DNA of 64,000 nucleotides from Podospora anserina (Eukaryota): NCBI GenBank assembly GCA_017654855.1, contig CM030336.1, positions 4,650,001 to 4,714,000 of the forward strand, read 5' to 3'. Shown piece by piece: positions 48,869 to 60,805 of this stretch (position 1 is its first letter; each line of letters starts with the position of its first letter). The notes under the pieces were generated by a model. It saw only the letters and a program-made list of their open reading frames with translations, ran no database searches and was not told where the DNA came from. The position numbers and the translations under genes were made by a program.

Positions 48869-49358
48869 GACAAGGGAGCATGCATTCTGTTGCAGGAGGG
48901 TGGTTGGGGGGTTGTTTCTAGGGCATTTACCTAGATATATAATATTGGAAATCAGCAAGTACATACATACCTACCTATAACTTGAATGTTTGAACTACGG
49001 AGTGCATGATCTTGTTGAACTTTCCAGCATTCCTGGATGGATACCCCTGAATGTTGCCGTGGCAACCACCAGTTACTATAATATAACCCTGGTTTGTTTG
49101 TCTAGCGCGGTACAGCCAAGGTCACTATCACCACAATTGGCAATTCTTCCAGAACTCCCACACAGAAAAAAGGGTCTATTCGGAAAAGACCCCAGCAAGC
49201 GACAGCAAGCCCTTGACAGTTCTTTTTCTCAGGTTTCGGTACGATTTCTGAGTGGTGAGAACCCCCTTGAAATTTTCCACCCGAGGTACACGCTAGACAA
49301 ACAAACCAGGGCTGTATTGTGAGTGAAGGAAGAAAAGAATACTTTTCAATCTTTAATA

Positions 49359-50489
49359 CTACGTCTCCGGCGACACTGCAATACTGGATAAGTTCCGACC
49401 ACTGTCGTGCATTACCATGAAGACAATAACCCCCGTGATAGTGACCTGTAGCGTGGGGAGAGCCGAACTAACCAACCCTTGAGCACCTAAAACAGCTGTC
49501 GATGTTGCACTGAAGGTCGTGGCCACGCAACCACTGTGCGAGTCTGTTCCGTGCGCAGAGAAAGAGCCATCCCGTTTTTCGGCGGCTGCGGCTGCGGATG
49601 CAATGTCGTTGTTTGTTTTGGCGAGGTCGATGTTGGTCCTGGCGAGGTCATTTGCAATCCTGGCTTCTCCGAGGGACATCATCGTTCCAATCATCGATAT
49701 GAATGAGCATATACCGCCCAAAATAACCAGAACCAAACTAGTAAAGGCAATCCAAAAGGTCCACCACCCACGTTTATTCCTTCTGTCGAACCACCATGTT
49801 TTGATGCCCCGCGGGGAGGCATTGTCGAATGCTTTCTCCAGGGCTAGCAGACGTGGTTGCCAATATCGAAAGCCTTCCACTGCTCTAGACGGCTCAATGG
49901 AAGGGCCGTCCCACATGCGTTGTTCTCGTAGAGATCTGGCGATTGCCCTGCGAGGTACTTTCTGTGGCATGCGAAATTGTTCGCCTGCTCTTGCATCAAT
50001 GTCGTAGAGGCGGTATTTGGGGCCGTAACCAGCTTCAGGCCAGCAAACCACATTTGACTTGTGTTGCCTTATCTTGTTGAACCAGCCCTGGGAATCACTG
50101 TCGGTGGGTATCAACAAGCCAATAGTCCTTAGGGTTTCCAACGCGAGTTCTCGGTAAGGATTCCCTCCACTAGGTAGTCACAGCGTCTGTGTTAGCTGAC
50201 TATCTGTATGGTAGCTGGCAGCCATGACAAGATTGATTCGGCAGGCCCGGTGGCAGTGAGAACCTTACCTGCTATCTTCGAAAAGCCACATCTCTCGGAG
50301 CACAGTGGCGTGGTGAAAGAAGTAGAGTCTCGGTTTGAAACTGGACTTGTCATTCGCGATGACATGGAGATGCTGGAGGACATTGTCTCGCCATTCGTAT
50401 GTGAAGGCGCATAACTTGGACATGCTCGGCAATGTAAGTAATTCGGAAAAGTCTCTTTTAAGCGAGCGAGCGATCCAGCGAAATTCCAC
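49359..50489 (-). pseudogene. Paralogue 2 of the 31732-33677 gene, 5' part apparently degenerate
   Basis: FHHATVLREMWLF, intron at the equivalent position, PYRELALETLRTIGLLIP, YWQPRLLALEKAFDNASPR and FDRRNKRGWWTFW + TM. In-frame stop just upstream of 50489. Confidence 0.65.
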
Positions 50490-52447
50490 ATGCCAACCTC
50501 AGCACCACTATTGTACACCGCGGTTATTCTGCCCCCCACGAACCAAACACAACTAGCGCACCGGCCCCATTAAATAGCCTGCCAACTCAACCGCTGAACC
50601 GCCGTCGACACTTGTCGAGCTTGTCAGGCGGGAAGGGAGTGCTGGTGGCTCTTGGCAGGGCACTAGCACCGAACATTGAGGGAAGAAAAATACCATGAGG
50701 ATGAAATAGATGATGCAATATCTGCGCGTGAATCAGGCTTGATTGCTTTGTTTGAGGCTGTGCTGAGAAGTAGGTAGCTGAGGGGTAGGGAGAGGATGGG
50801 AGGGTGGTATTTGGGTCCGAGTCGAGGGCAAGGAGGGAATCGATGACTGGTGCTCCGTTGTAGGTACGTTGCAGAGGAAGAAGCTGATGAGAGGAAGTTG
50901 ATTAACACCGGGGACATACCTACTGATCAACAATTTAGGAATGGAATCAGAGCAAAGAGGTTAGAAAGAAGGCGGAGTAGAAAGGAACCGAAACACTGCC
51001 TGTACTTGATTCTGACACCAAAGGCGCCTTTTCTTTGCCCCCTTCCCTCCCCCCCACGCATTGATCCCGCATCACGACTGTGTCAGCTAAAATCCCAAAG
51101 AAAACCAGCTTTCGCACACCACACCATAGGTACCTAGACTTCGCCATCCCGCCCCTCAAAACCTCAACACCAACAAACATCCTCCTCCTCTCGCCCCATC
51201 GTACCCCCCCGCGCCAACCTCAAACTTCCAGGCAGCGTCTGCTCAAGCACAGCCACAGCACCATCAATCTCGATCTGCTATCATCACTCACCTTCTTCAA
51301 TCCTGTCTCGTGGTCGTGATGATTGCAGCGTGCTGATGCGGAAGGTGACCAACCGCGGCCGAACCGGCTGCCAATCGTGACACGGAGCCAGGGCCCGAAA
51401 GCTCCGCCGAGACAACCACATCCCACTCTGTCCTTCATTGTGGGGCTCAGTCTTGCTGTGTAGATCTCGCGGGCCGGGAGCCGCGATCTTTGAGACATCA
51501 TGGTGCCTACGTAGGTATGCGTGATGTTTTGAGGTGAGCAAGTTGATGAGCCGCAAGGGATACGTGAGATAACCTGTGCAACATTTGTGGGCACAGCTTG
51601 GAGTGTACGCTATGTGTACCAAGAAGGCTTGCGATGGAAGAGATTGTCTATGATGCGAATGGTTTGCTAATTACTTCGGGGGAGGGAAATGCTGATGGAG
51701 AGGTCGTGTTGTCGTCTCACACGATGTGGAAGTCTCCTGAGAGATGGTGGGGATAGCCATCGCGATCGGGGAGATTGTCTCTGTCTGTTGTCAGGATGGA
51801 GGCCTGATAGCCTCGCTTGTAGCCCAACGAAGCACCTTCGTCATTTGGGTGACCGGGTTGACGGTACGTTTGACGAAGTGGCCAAGAAGCAGGCATCGAG
51901 ATCATGCTCGGGTTGCCTGGTTGGCGACTTTTGGAATCGTGCAAGCCTTGGATGAGAGGGCTATGATCGGCTGCCGGCATTGTGGGAATGAAGGCCCCAT
52001 ACGGGGGGTGACGCACCTCCTGGGTGATGCAGCTGATGATGACTTCTTGCGTGAGCGCAGTTTCCGGTCTTGGTTGTGTGTCGTCGCTCAATAATACCAA
52101 CCAGGGAAAGATAGTGTGGAGGGTTCACTCCAGCGGACAATAAAGCCGAACTTATTAATGACTGGTACATATTCTCGGAGAAGAACTCTATTCTCTCTGA
52201 TCGTCCTCACGAAGACTATTGACATCCTAATTCGGTATGTTTCATAGCTCGTTGGTCGACCCGTCTCTGGCCTTTTCAGCTTGTGATATGCATGCAGGAA
52301 TCCCAATTCAGCGGCTCCCAGCATTTCTATTGGATTATAGCCAGCTGAAAGCCGACTTATGAGGCCGCGACATGTACATCTTTCCGTGCTGATCTAGAGA
52401 ATAAATTACATGTACATATAGAAAAAAGCAACACATTCATCGGAAGC

Positions 52448-53932
52448 TCACAGCTTCGCCTTTTCTTGCCCACCTTCTCCACTCTCCGCCTCTGTGTCAT
52501 CATACTTGATAGACATGAACTTCCCAGGATAGTACTTGGCAGCCCACATCTGCGCCAGCATCTTCTGATCAATATCCTTCAGGTAGTAGTTGATGGGAAC
52601 GCCGGAATCGCCCTGTGCCGCTTTCTTCAGATAGTCATCCAGCGCCGTCATCATCGAGTTGACGTCCAGAATCTTGTTCTTGCCGTCGTCGATGGTCGCC
52701 AGTGCGCTCAGCGAGGCCTCAATGGCCTTGCCCTGCATCTCGGAGGCCTGGCCACTCGTTCGGGAGGCCTCGGCCATGGACTGCACCGTGGCCTGCTCCG
52801 ATGAGGTCGCGTTCTGTATGGCGGCGACGGCTTCCATGTTGGCCTTTGGGTCGAAATTGGCAAACTTCTCGACCGCAATCGAGACTTCGTTGGCCACCAT
52901 CGAAGGGATCACGCCCATGGTCAGGACTGTCACGTGAGACTGGACGTTCTGCTGACTGAGGAGGTTCTTGACGTCGCTGGCAAACTTGGCGTTGACGCCG
53001 ACCTTGCCCTCGGCTTTGGCAAACCAGGCACCCGTGTCCATGGTGCGCTGCATGGACATGGCGGCTGCCTCCATGGACTCGGAGGCGGAGGTGTGGGTGG
53101 AGTTGAGCACGTGGACCATGCCGATGAAGCTCGATCCAAAAGTGGTGCCCGAGATGATGGAGAATTTCTGCTTGTCTTCTTGGCTCTCGTTCATGGCGCA
53201 CTTCATCATGCTGGTACCGCTTGTCGGATCTAACTTCTTGCCAGGGAAGAGATGGTTCCACACTTTGATGGCCTTGTCGATGTGCAGCACGAACGGGGCC
53301 ACGATGGATGCATTCTTGTGGGTGCAGCTGACCGACAGCACGAGCGTGCCCTCGATGCTGTGCGAGCTCACTTGACGACTGACCTGGCGCGAAGCTGCGG
53401 TGCCGATCTTCATGGACTGGGTCGTGCCGAACACGCTGCTGACGGCCCCCGACACGTACGAGGCGATCTGCGCGCTGTAGGCAGCTGAGTTTTGGGAGTT
53501 GGAGTCGAAAGAGAAGTACTGCACGTCCATGTTCATGGTGTCGGCGGCAAGTGGCATTGTCTTGATCTCGCTGCGCAGGTAGTCGACAGGGCTTTCGATC
53601 TGCCTGTGAACCGAGTGTATTTTCTGGCGCAGTTGCATGATCTGAGGTTCGGCAGCCATTTTGGCAGTTGCATACGTGACCGCGGCCTTTTCCACCGCGG
53701 CGTTCAGCTTCTTCAGCTCTTCATCCAGAGCATCAGTCCCGATGCCCAGGTTTCTGAGTTCGGTCTTGGTCATGGTCAGGCCTCTCTTGGAGGAAATGAG
53801 AGAGTTGAGAGCATCATGGGCAGCATCAACGGGTGATTGCAGCTTTGAGATGGCTTCGACATTAGTGAGTGCCTCTTCGCTCACCACGCTCATCAACACA
53901 AGACTCGGGTCGTAGGGTATGGAGGTAGGCAT
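52448..53932 (-). CDS. Intronless 494-aa uncharacterised protein (coiled N-terminus, MACPF/CDC-like motifs)
   Basis: ATG 53932 (MPTSIPYDPSL), strong C/G third-position bias, no intron. Confidence 0.8.
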   Translation of the reverse strand: MPTSIPYDPSLVLMSVVSEEALTNVEAISKLQSPVDAAHDALNSLISSKRGLTMTKTELRNLGIGTDALDEELKKLNAAVEKAAVTYATAKMAAEPQIMQLRQKIHSVHRQIESPVDYLRSEIKTMPLAADTMNMDVQYFSFDSNSQNSAAYSAQIASYVSGAVSSVFGTTQSMKIGTAASRQVSRQVSSHSIEGTLVLSVSCTHKNASIVAPFVLHIDKAIKVWNHLFPGKKLDPTSGTSMMKCAMNESQEDKQKFSIISGTTFGSSFIGMVHVLNSTHTSASESMEAAAMSMQRTMDTGAWFAKAEGKVGVNAKFASDVKNLLSQQNVQSHVTVLTMGVIPSMVANEVSIAVEKFANFDPKANMEAVAAIQNATSSEQATVQSMAEASRTSGQASEMQGKAIEASLSALATIDDGKNKILDVNSMMTALDDYLKKAAQGDSGVPINYYLKDIDQKMLAQMWAAKYYPGKFMSIKYDDTEAESGEGGQEKAKL

Positions 53933-55268
53933 GGTGTTTGGTTTGCTGGGCCAAGGTATGTAATAGAAGTATTGTAGGTAAATGAAGGTGTACGGCGGAT
54001 CTTCAAGTTTGGAAATCACGGTCACTCGGACCCTGCGGTGGGAGCTAAAGATGGAGCAGGTGAAATATGGGAAGCAGGAATCACCTGGTTCATAACCGCC
54101 TTCAAGCAAGCCAACTTGGCAGAACACATCTTCAGATCCGCCCTGTCTTGATCACCTGATCGCCCATCTGCAAATTCCAAAGCGACATTATCTTTGTCCT
54201 TCAGGCAGCCACGGAAGCGCTGTTCTAGGCCAGAGTCCGGGTGTCTATATCACAGCTGAAAAGACCAACAGTCGATCAACAGGACAGGAGTACCCATATC
54301 GAGTCCTACCTACAGCCTCTAGAACGTGATCTAGGCCGTGATATGTAACTGGGAACCTCTTATCCGAGCGCCGGGGGGTAACACATCTAGGCTCGGTTGC
54401 GTGTACACCAGTGTTATTGGAATCTGGACCCAACACTATTGAAGTTTACTTCACCGGTTCAAGAAGTGAGTCGCGTGCTCTTTCAGAGCTTATGGTGGAA
54501 CCATCTTCATCACCTCCAGTGTGACACAACGTCCCTGTGTGGAAGAGGTTTTCCTTCATTAATTCGAGAGGTGTGTGTCACATTGGACGCAGTGAAACCA
54601 ACATGCCTGGTTTAAGTATAAGTCGCCTTTTAGCGTGCCTTTCCGGAGCTGATCGCGAAGTTATTTCAAATTGCTAATAGTCTAATACGACGTTGGTACG
54701 ATTAGGAGGTTCATCTGAATGGAAGAGATGTCGTCTGGACTCGACGCTAGTGAGAACAATACCTATATTCTGCGGGCGGTTAGCCCGGACGAGAACCAAT
54801 GCAGGTACTGGTGTGATTACATGCATTTATCACGGGTAGGTAAGGTACTCTGCTGTTTGGAGGGTTGCATTGGTGAGGCTGATCCCTTCCTCCAGGCCCA
54901 AATATTGGTTGACCGTGAAGGGTCTGGACCCCCACCGTTCACAAGTCGTAACTTGACAGGGGCTGATGATGCACGTCATGCCTTTCCGAGCAGGTCTCAG
55001 CCAGCCCAACGTCTTTCAGCCTCCCTGCTAAGCTTGTTTCGGATCGATTGAACCGTCTAAGTGAAGCTTGCAGCTATATGAGAAGCATGAGCATATCATC
55101 ATGTCCACACGACAAGCTTCATCACCTTTGCCATCGCATTTACGAACAGCTATTATGTCCAGCCTGAACTTACACACCATGTACGAAGAGATAAACGCAA
55201 CAAGTCTTGAGACGTCGACCACGTCTGAAATCATCTACCCAGTCGCTGTCCAACGAAACAGCGCCGCA

Positions 55269-56162
55269 ATGGCGCTGGGGCCCAAGACCGCACTGCCAGT
55301 GGGCAGCACAGACCATTTACTCTTCAGATTGGAGAAGTAAGTATACCCGAAGCAAATAGGAACCAAAAGAGAGACTCCCCCTCACACCACTCTCAATTCC
55401 AGACTCTTCAGACCCACCAAGGATCTCGGTTCCGTCCTCACCACTTTCAACTACTTCCTCTATCTCTTGGCTTACTTCGACGCCAAAGCCCACAATTTCA
55501 AGTCGCAAGCCCTTTCCCTCGTCACCAAAAATGCCTCTATCGACGGTGCCCTCGCGGGGGCGACCGCCCACCCCGAGGGCTCAGCCTTTGCCAAACTGGG
55601 CGCGGTCGTCTACAACGCGCGCACGACCCTGCGCCTGTTCGGCCTGCTCCCCCTCTACGTGCGGGCGAGGAAGCTGATGAACGACTCGAAGGACATGGAC
55701 AAGGTGCTCTGGGCCGTTTCTGCAGTCCAGTGCTCCCTGTTCACCATCTTCCAGTTCCTCGAGAACGTGGCGTTTCTCACCGAGAACGGTGTGCTGTCGT
55801 CCCGTGGCAGGGTGGGTCAGGCGGGCGGGCGTGTGGCGGCCACGTACAAGCTGGCGCATCGTGCCTGGTTCCTGGGCCATGTGTGAGACTTTGCCCGCTT
55901 GATGCGCGAGGCGCAGATCTTCTTCCGCAGGAAGCATATCGACAAGGACGACATTACTGAGGAGGAGGCCGTGAGGGCGTCCGAGTGGTACTACGACTGG
56001 ATTCGCCCGCTGGCATGGCTGCCGATCGGCTGACAGCTCTCGGCGTGGACCGAGGACGGCATGTCGGGCAAGTTTAGCAACTTGGGACTTCGGGGCGTCG
56101 CCGGTGTCTTGGCTGATCTGAAGAGGACGGCTACGCTTTGGCATGCCACCAAGGAGGTTTGA
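55269..56162 (+). pseudogene. PEX11-family (Pex11C-like) peroxisomal membrane protein with two in-frame TGA codons
   Basis: Intron 55337-55402. Motifs ARTTLRLFGLLPLY, FQFLENVAFL and HRAWFLG. The frame continues through TGA 55884-55886 and TGA 56031-56033 to the stop at 56160-56162. Confidence 0.75.
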
Positions 56163-57301
56163 GTCGCATCAGATTCACAGGCCCTTTGGGCATTCACTTC
56201 GCGCACCCCTACAGATATCGGCTCTAGTTGGGAGGCTTTGGGAATGACTTGTTCTGTCTATACTTTCTTCTTTGCTGGCAACTTTGTTCTGTTTCCCCTT
56301 CCAGTCTCAACCTTCTAGTTTGTACACAAATACTTAGTTTTATCTATATTCTTGGCTTTTCTCTGAAGTGTCCATCGACTTTGTCATCTCCAGTAGGTAG
56401 TTGCATCAGTGGCACATCCTCTTTCGTGTATGGACGCCAGTGGCAAGCCGGAATCATTCGATCGAAATCATCTTCTGGAAGCACCTTCGACTAACGTGGA
56501 GAGATGATTCTTCCCTCGACCATCCTGTATGCTTCACTTTGTCACGGAAGGGCAGTTCCAGGGTGGTCTCCATCGGGCTTGCCACTCAGAGTGCTCAGGG
56601 CCACGCCTGAGAACGAGAGATCAATAGTCAATCCAGACAGACGATAACCATTACTGAATCTGGAGTATGACCGCCGCTAGGAGGGCGCGTTCTCTTCAGC
56701 TGGGACGGAGTGGCGCTTATGCAGCTGTATCTCCGTGCCTGTTAAATGCGATATGACCTCGCTGCGCGTGGAAACCTGTTTTCTTGGTACCTAGGTAGTA
56801 TAGAGGCTCCTCTAGTCTAGACCCGACGCTATCAAATTCAGGTGTGACCATTCCGACCATGATCGGCTTCTTGGCATACTCTCCCTGAGCTATTGGTCAA
56901 TAGATGAGCTTGCGTGATTCATTTTCAGTGATATCGGAAAAGGGTGGGGGGATTGCTGCGGCGCTGGTGGCAATATTAGACGACCCGAGCCGCACGGTTC
57001 ACTGGAAAGAGTAAGAGGTTCGTGCCGTTTAACGATTGCTGCAGATTGGGCAGGTTACATCCGTGATCCTGGCTATAAGACCTGGGATACTTTGGTCGTG
57101 ACACACCCGAGTAGGTAAGGTGCTGGGGTTTTCTTTCAGCTGGTAACAGACTGGTGGAGGTCCCTGGCTTGAACAAAATCGGTCGGTCATATTGGATGAA
57201 TTGAACACGTCTGGTACCTACCTACGTACCTTGCGCAGTCCAGCGCGCGATCAATTCTTACGTACGCAGAGCCTGGAAGACCCATGATAGCAGCTCGAGG
57301 C

Positions 57302-57309
57302 TATATATA
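57302..57309 (+). promoter_or_regulatory. Candidate TATA box of the nuclease-like gene
   Basis: TATATATA about 170 bp upstream of ATG 57476. Confidence 0.35.
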
Positions 57310-57475
57310 CGATGGCACAGCAGAGCAGCAGTGCGCCCGCCGCTCACCAACTCTCGTGGTGGCTTACATGTAACCGGGCATCGTATAAAACACCTTTCAT
57401 CGGGCTTGCTGCTTGTGGACGCAGATTTTCAAGCTTTCCCTTTGTATTCGACACAATTTGCCTTGCTTCATCACT

Positions 57476-60157
57476 ATGCAGAAGAGAACCCAGAAGCCGT
57501 CGACTTACCCACCAAAGGACAACGTTGCAAAAAAGGTGAACAAGTCGATCACCAAGCGCTCTCTACAACCCCCCCAGCATAACAGCAAGCAGAAAACCAC
57601 GCAGAACATCAGTCCAACCACCAAGGACATCAAGCAGAGCAATAACCGGAACTCTAAGCGCAGCAATAATGCTGGCAATGCCAAAAAGCAAGGTAAGCCG
57701 TCCAGCTGCTCATCGCCCGCCCCCCGCCTTCCTGTCACATTTCATGAAACTGATTTTTCCTTACCTAGCCTTGGCCTACTTTGTCAACGAGGTAGAATTG
57801 CCCAATGGCATAACGCACCTGCCACCTGCCACACCCCCCCCTAACTTTGACGAGCTGGGGAAGGCTGAGCCAGCATTTCTATTTCAAGGTTTGTTCGACC
57901 GGCCACCAGTACCGATTCGAATCACTTACAATGAACATCATCAGATGGCTTCATGGTCGACGGAGATCAAACTTCCATCTCCCCATACACGTGGGGAGGT
58001 GTTCCAGCTTCGGCTAAGACGGGGAAAACAACAAGATCGAATGCGCCTGTCTGGCCCTTGGTATTTTCTTTTCTGGCAGACCCTAGTGATGCGGACGCAC
58101 CACTCAAGAGCAAAATCGCCATAGTCCGAGAGAAACGGTCGGACGAGGGAGAAGTCGTCAACAAAGTAAGTACCTATAGAGCTCCCTATTATGCACTCCG
58201 TTTGTGTTGACCGTTTTACCAGGATTACTCTTACAGCTTGTTCACGTATGGGGATGCTTCTCAAGAGTCAAGCCTCAAATACGTGTGCTCTGGAAGCCGC
58301 CAGTCTGTCAGTCCAGGTGGTCACCTGATAACCAATACCTTCATCCCGCTCGAAATCTTGAACACCAGGCTCTGCGGTGATTGGCCAGAGCGCCAGCAGG
58401 CATACATGAGAGACTGGCTGACGTTTTGCGGTTATATTGTCGGCCTCGAAGCGGAAAGACCCCCTAACGAACGACGCCACCCCAAGAACTTCTTGCCAGA
58501 TGCCCTTTTGCCCCAGTATCAGAACCTTGAACACCTGAGAAGCATGCTAGTGGACTGGAACGGATCGCACTTGGTAGCCCGGGACAGTGCCGGGAACATC
58601 TCGAACATCGGCGCCAAATTCTTGTACGAACTGTTATTCGACAACAATATGCAATTGATGTCTGCGTCGAATCTAGCAAGGCATATTTTCAAGAGGTGGT
58701 GCCGTATGTCCAACCTGGAAATCTTCAGCCCCCTTTTCAGTGCTAACACAGCTGCAGTTGTTGCTCATAGCGCCGCCTCCTTGGCAAAGGAACCATTCTC
58801 TGTCAAGGCGCGGTACTGGAAGATTCCCAAAGACGTCATTTTGGTCGACAGAGTGGTGCTGGTGTATGACATGGTGCCTGGATTGTGGTTGTGGGACGTC
58901 CACAGTACAATTCTGGACGATGACAAACTCTCTGAGGGCCTGAAAAAGGTTTTGAAACTTTTCTGCGATGTCAACCACAGGAGTCAAGTCAGGGACCTTT
59001 GGCGGGAATTCATGGCTTTAGTTCTTAAAGCACATGCAGCCCCCCCTGACACCGCGCAGCCCATAACAGCCCGACTCCTACGCCCCGACGACAACCTGCA
59101 GCATATGGTACTACTTGGTTCTCATCCTCAAGGCTACTACAACACGTACATTCGGAGAGATCATCTGGCATCGTTAATTTCGAATGGTTATACATGGGGT
59201 AAGGGCCGTCTATTTCCCGAGCGTTTATCGCTTAATCAAATCGTGCCTTTGCCTAAAGGCCAAAGACTAACACAAGCGAATGACTTTCAATGTACGACAA
59301 CGACGATTTCCAACACAAACATCAAGATTGCAGGCAACTGGCCCAGGATACGAACTCAGAATGCTGTCATGGAGAATGTTAGTGCGAACGAGGCAAGCCA
59401 CCTACCTACATGCATCTCCCATCGCCACCCAGACATGGCTAACTCGGAATAGATCGCCTCTAACATATGGCGCAATGACCCTACATTGGGTCCACGGTCA
59501 GCCGAGGTAGGCACTCCCGGTCGGGAAAAAGGGAGAGGAGACTGCTATGACAACAGAAACTAACACCCCGTGACCTAGTGGCTTCATCGCTCTGCTTACT
59601 CATTTGGAGGCAGCGGCAACCCAGACTCGGCACAAGAGCCGGAAAACCTGGTCTTTGGGACATTTGAGGCAAACACCGAGATGCTCAGGTTGGCAGCCCG
59701 GACTTCCTTGTCACTTCCGCACAGCCCGAGTATCAATGCTGACAGGTTCTGCAGATTCGAGTCGTATCTGAAGCGAATCGCCGACGAGGGTGGAACGAAG
59801 GTGATCCTGGAAACTGAAGTGAAACGGGACAACAGCCGACTCGGCGGTGACAAATATGTACGATGGCTCACGCCGCAACTCTTTTACCGGTGGTACCTTG
59901 ACCTCAACCAGATCTGCGGCTTCCAGGCCCTGAATAACGCGCAGGATGTAGCACGGGCAGTCAGCAGAGACAAGACTTTCAACCTCTTCTCTCGGGGCCA
60001 CCCCATGCTGTTCGAGGTGGAGGTCGATGAGACTTTTGATGGGATGCTGGCAACCGCATCAGAAGATATCAAAATCTTAGTGGCCCTGTTTCTCTTCTCT
60101 CAGTCCGGGCTGGCGGCTGCTTACACCATCAACACCATGATACCGAGCCGACTCTAG
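57476..60157 (+). CDS. 764-aa, 7-exon protein with basic N-terminus and C-terminal HNH/beta-beta-alpha-metal nuclease-like domain
   Basis: Introns 57693-57768, 57889-57944, 58166-58222, 59393-59452 (GC-AG), 59507-59578 and 59689-59754 give an open 2295-nt frame. Spliced motif AEWLHRSAYSFGG..QEPENLVFGTFEANTEMLRFE. Confidence 0.75.
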
Positions 60158-60805
60158 ATTCTACATAGGCAGCTGGAGACTGGGCTCAAACTAATACTCG
60201 TTTCGGATGACGCTAGGTTGTCAGTGGAAGGGATGGAGGCTGTGGTTTTCTGCAGCTGTTAATTGAGGATATTTTTCTGTTTCTGTTTTTGCTTTTATTA
60301 CTTTCTATTTTTGATTTCGTTTGTTCAATATCTAGCTTGAAAAAACTACTCCTTATTTTTACTTTTATAACCAAACAACATGGACTGTATCACCACCTTT
60401 TTAAGGTGCCTTGATACCTTATTTCTGTCTAGGGAGGTAAGGTACCTAAGTGTGAACATCCTCCCTAAGTGGGACTCCTGGATCAGACGGAAGAGCCAGC
60501 GATGAATCGCTGGAACTGGACATTTTGGGTTGTGAATGCTTTTCATAGCACTCGGGGTCTCGATGCTATGCAATACACTGCCAATAGCAACTTCGTCACA
60601 TACGTCAGGTATGTACGGCAATCTTTTCTATAAGGTAGGTAGTATTCCCGTTTTTCACTTCGCAAACTATAGAGGTACACAGTTCTTTTTAAGTGTATTG
60701 ATGGCTCAGGAGCTGCCTGGTCATAATCAGTAGAGCCTGTTTATATCCGTGCCCAAGCCGCTTAGGCATCGATGACAGACACGTGTAATCTGATAACTCG
60801 CGGTC

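Noticed and set aside
40923..48964. Many long overlapping antisense and alternate-frame ORFs
   Set aside because: Expected shadows of GC-rich, codon-biased genes on the coding strand.
50600..52330. Several short ORFs as genes
   Set aside because: No coherent splice model or recognisable motif. Possibly decayed coding sequence.
58122..58124. TAG ending ORF 57669-58124 as an A-to-I editing site
   Set aside because: Intron 57889-57944 shifts the real frame, so this TAG is not in the coding frame.
59450..59452. TAG ending ORF 58238-59452 as a premature stop or edited codon
   Set aside because: It is better explained as the 3' acceptor of a GC-AG intron with a clear branch site.
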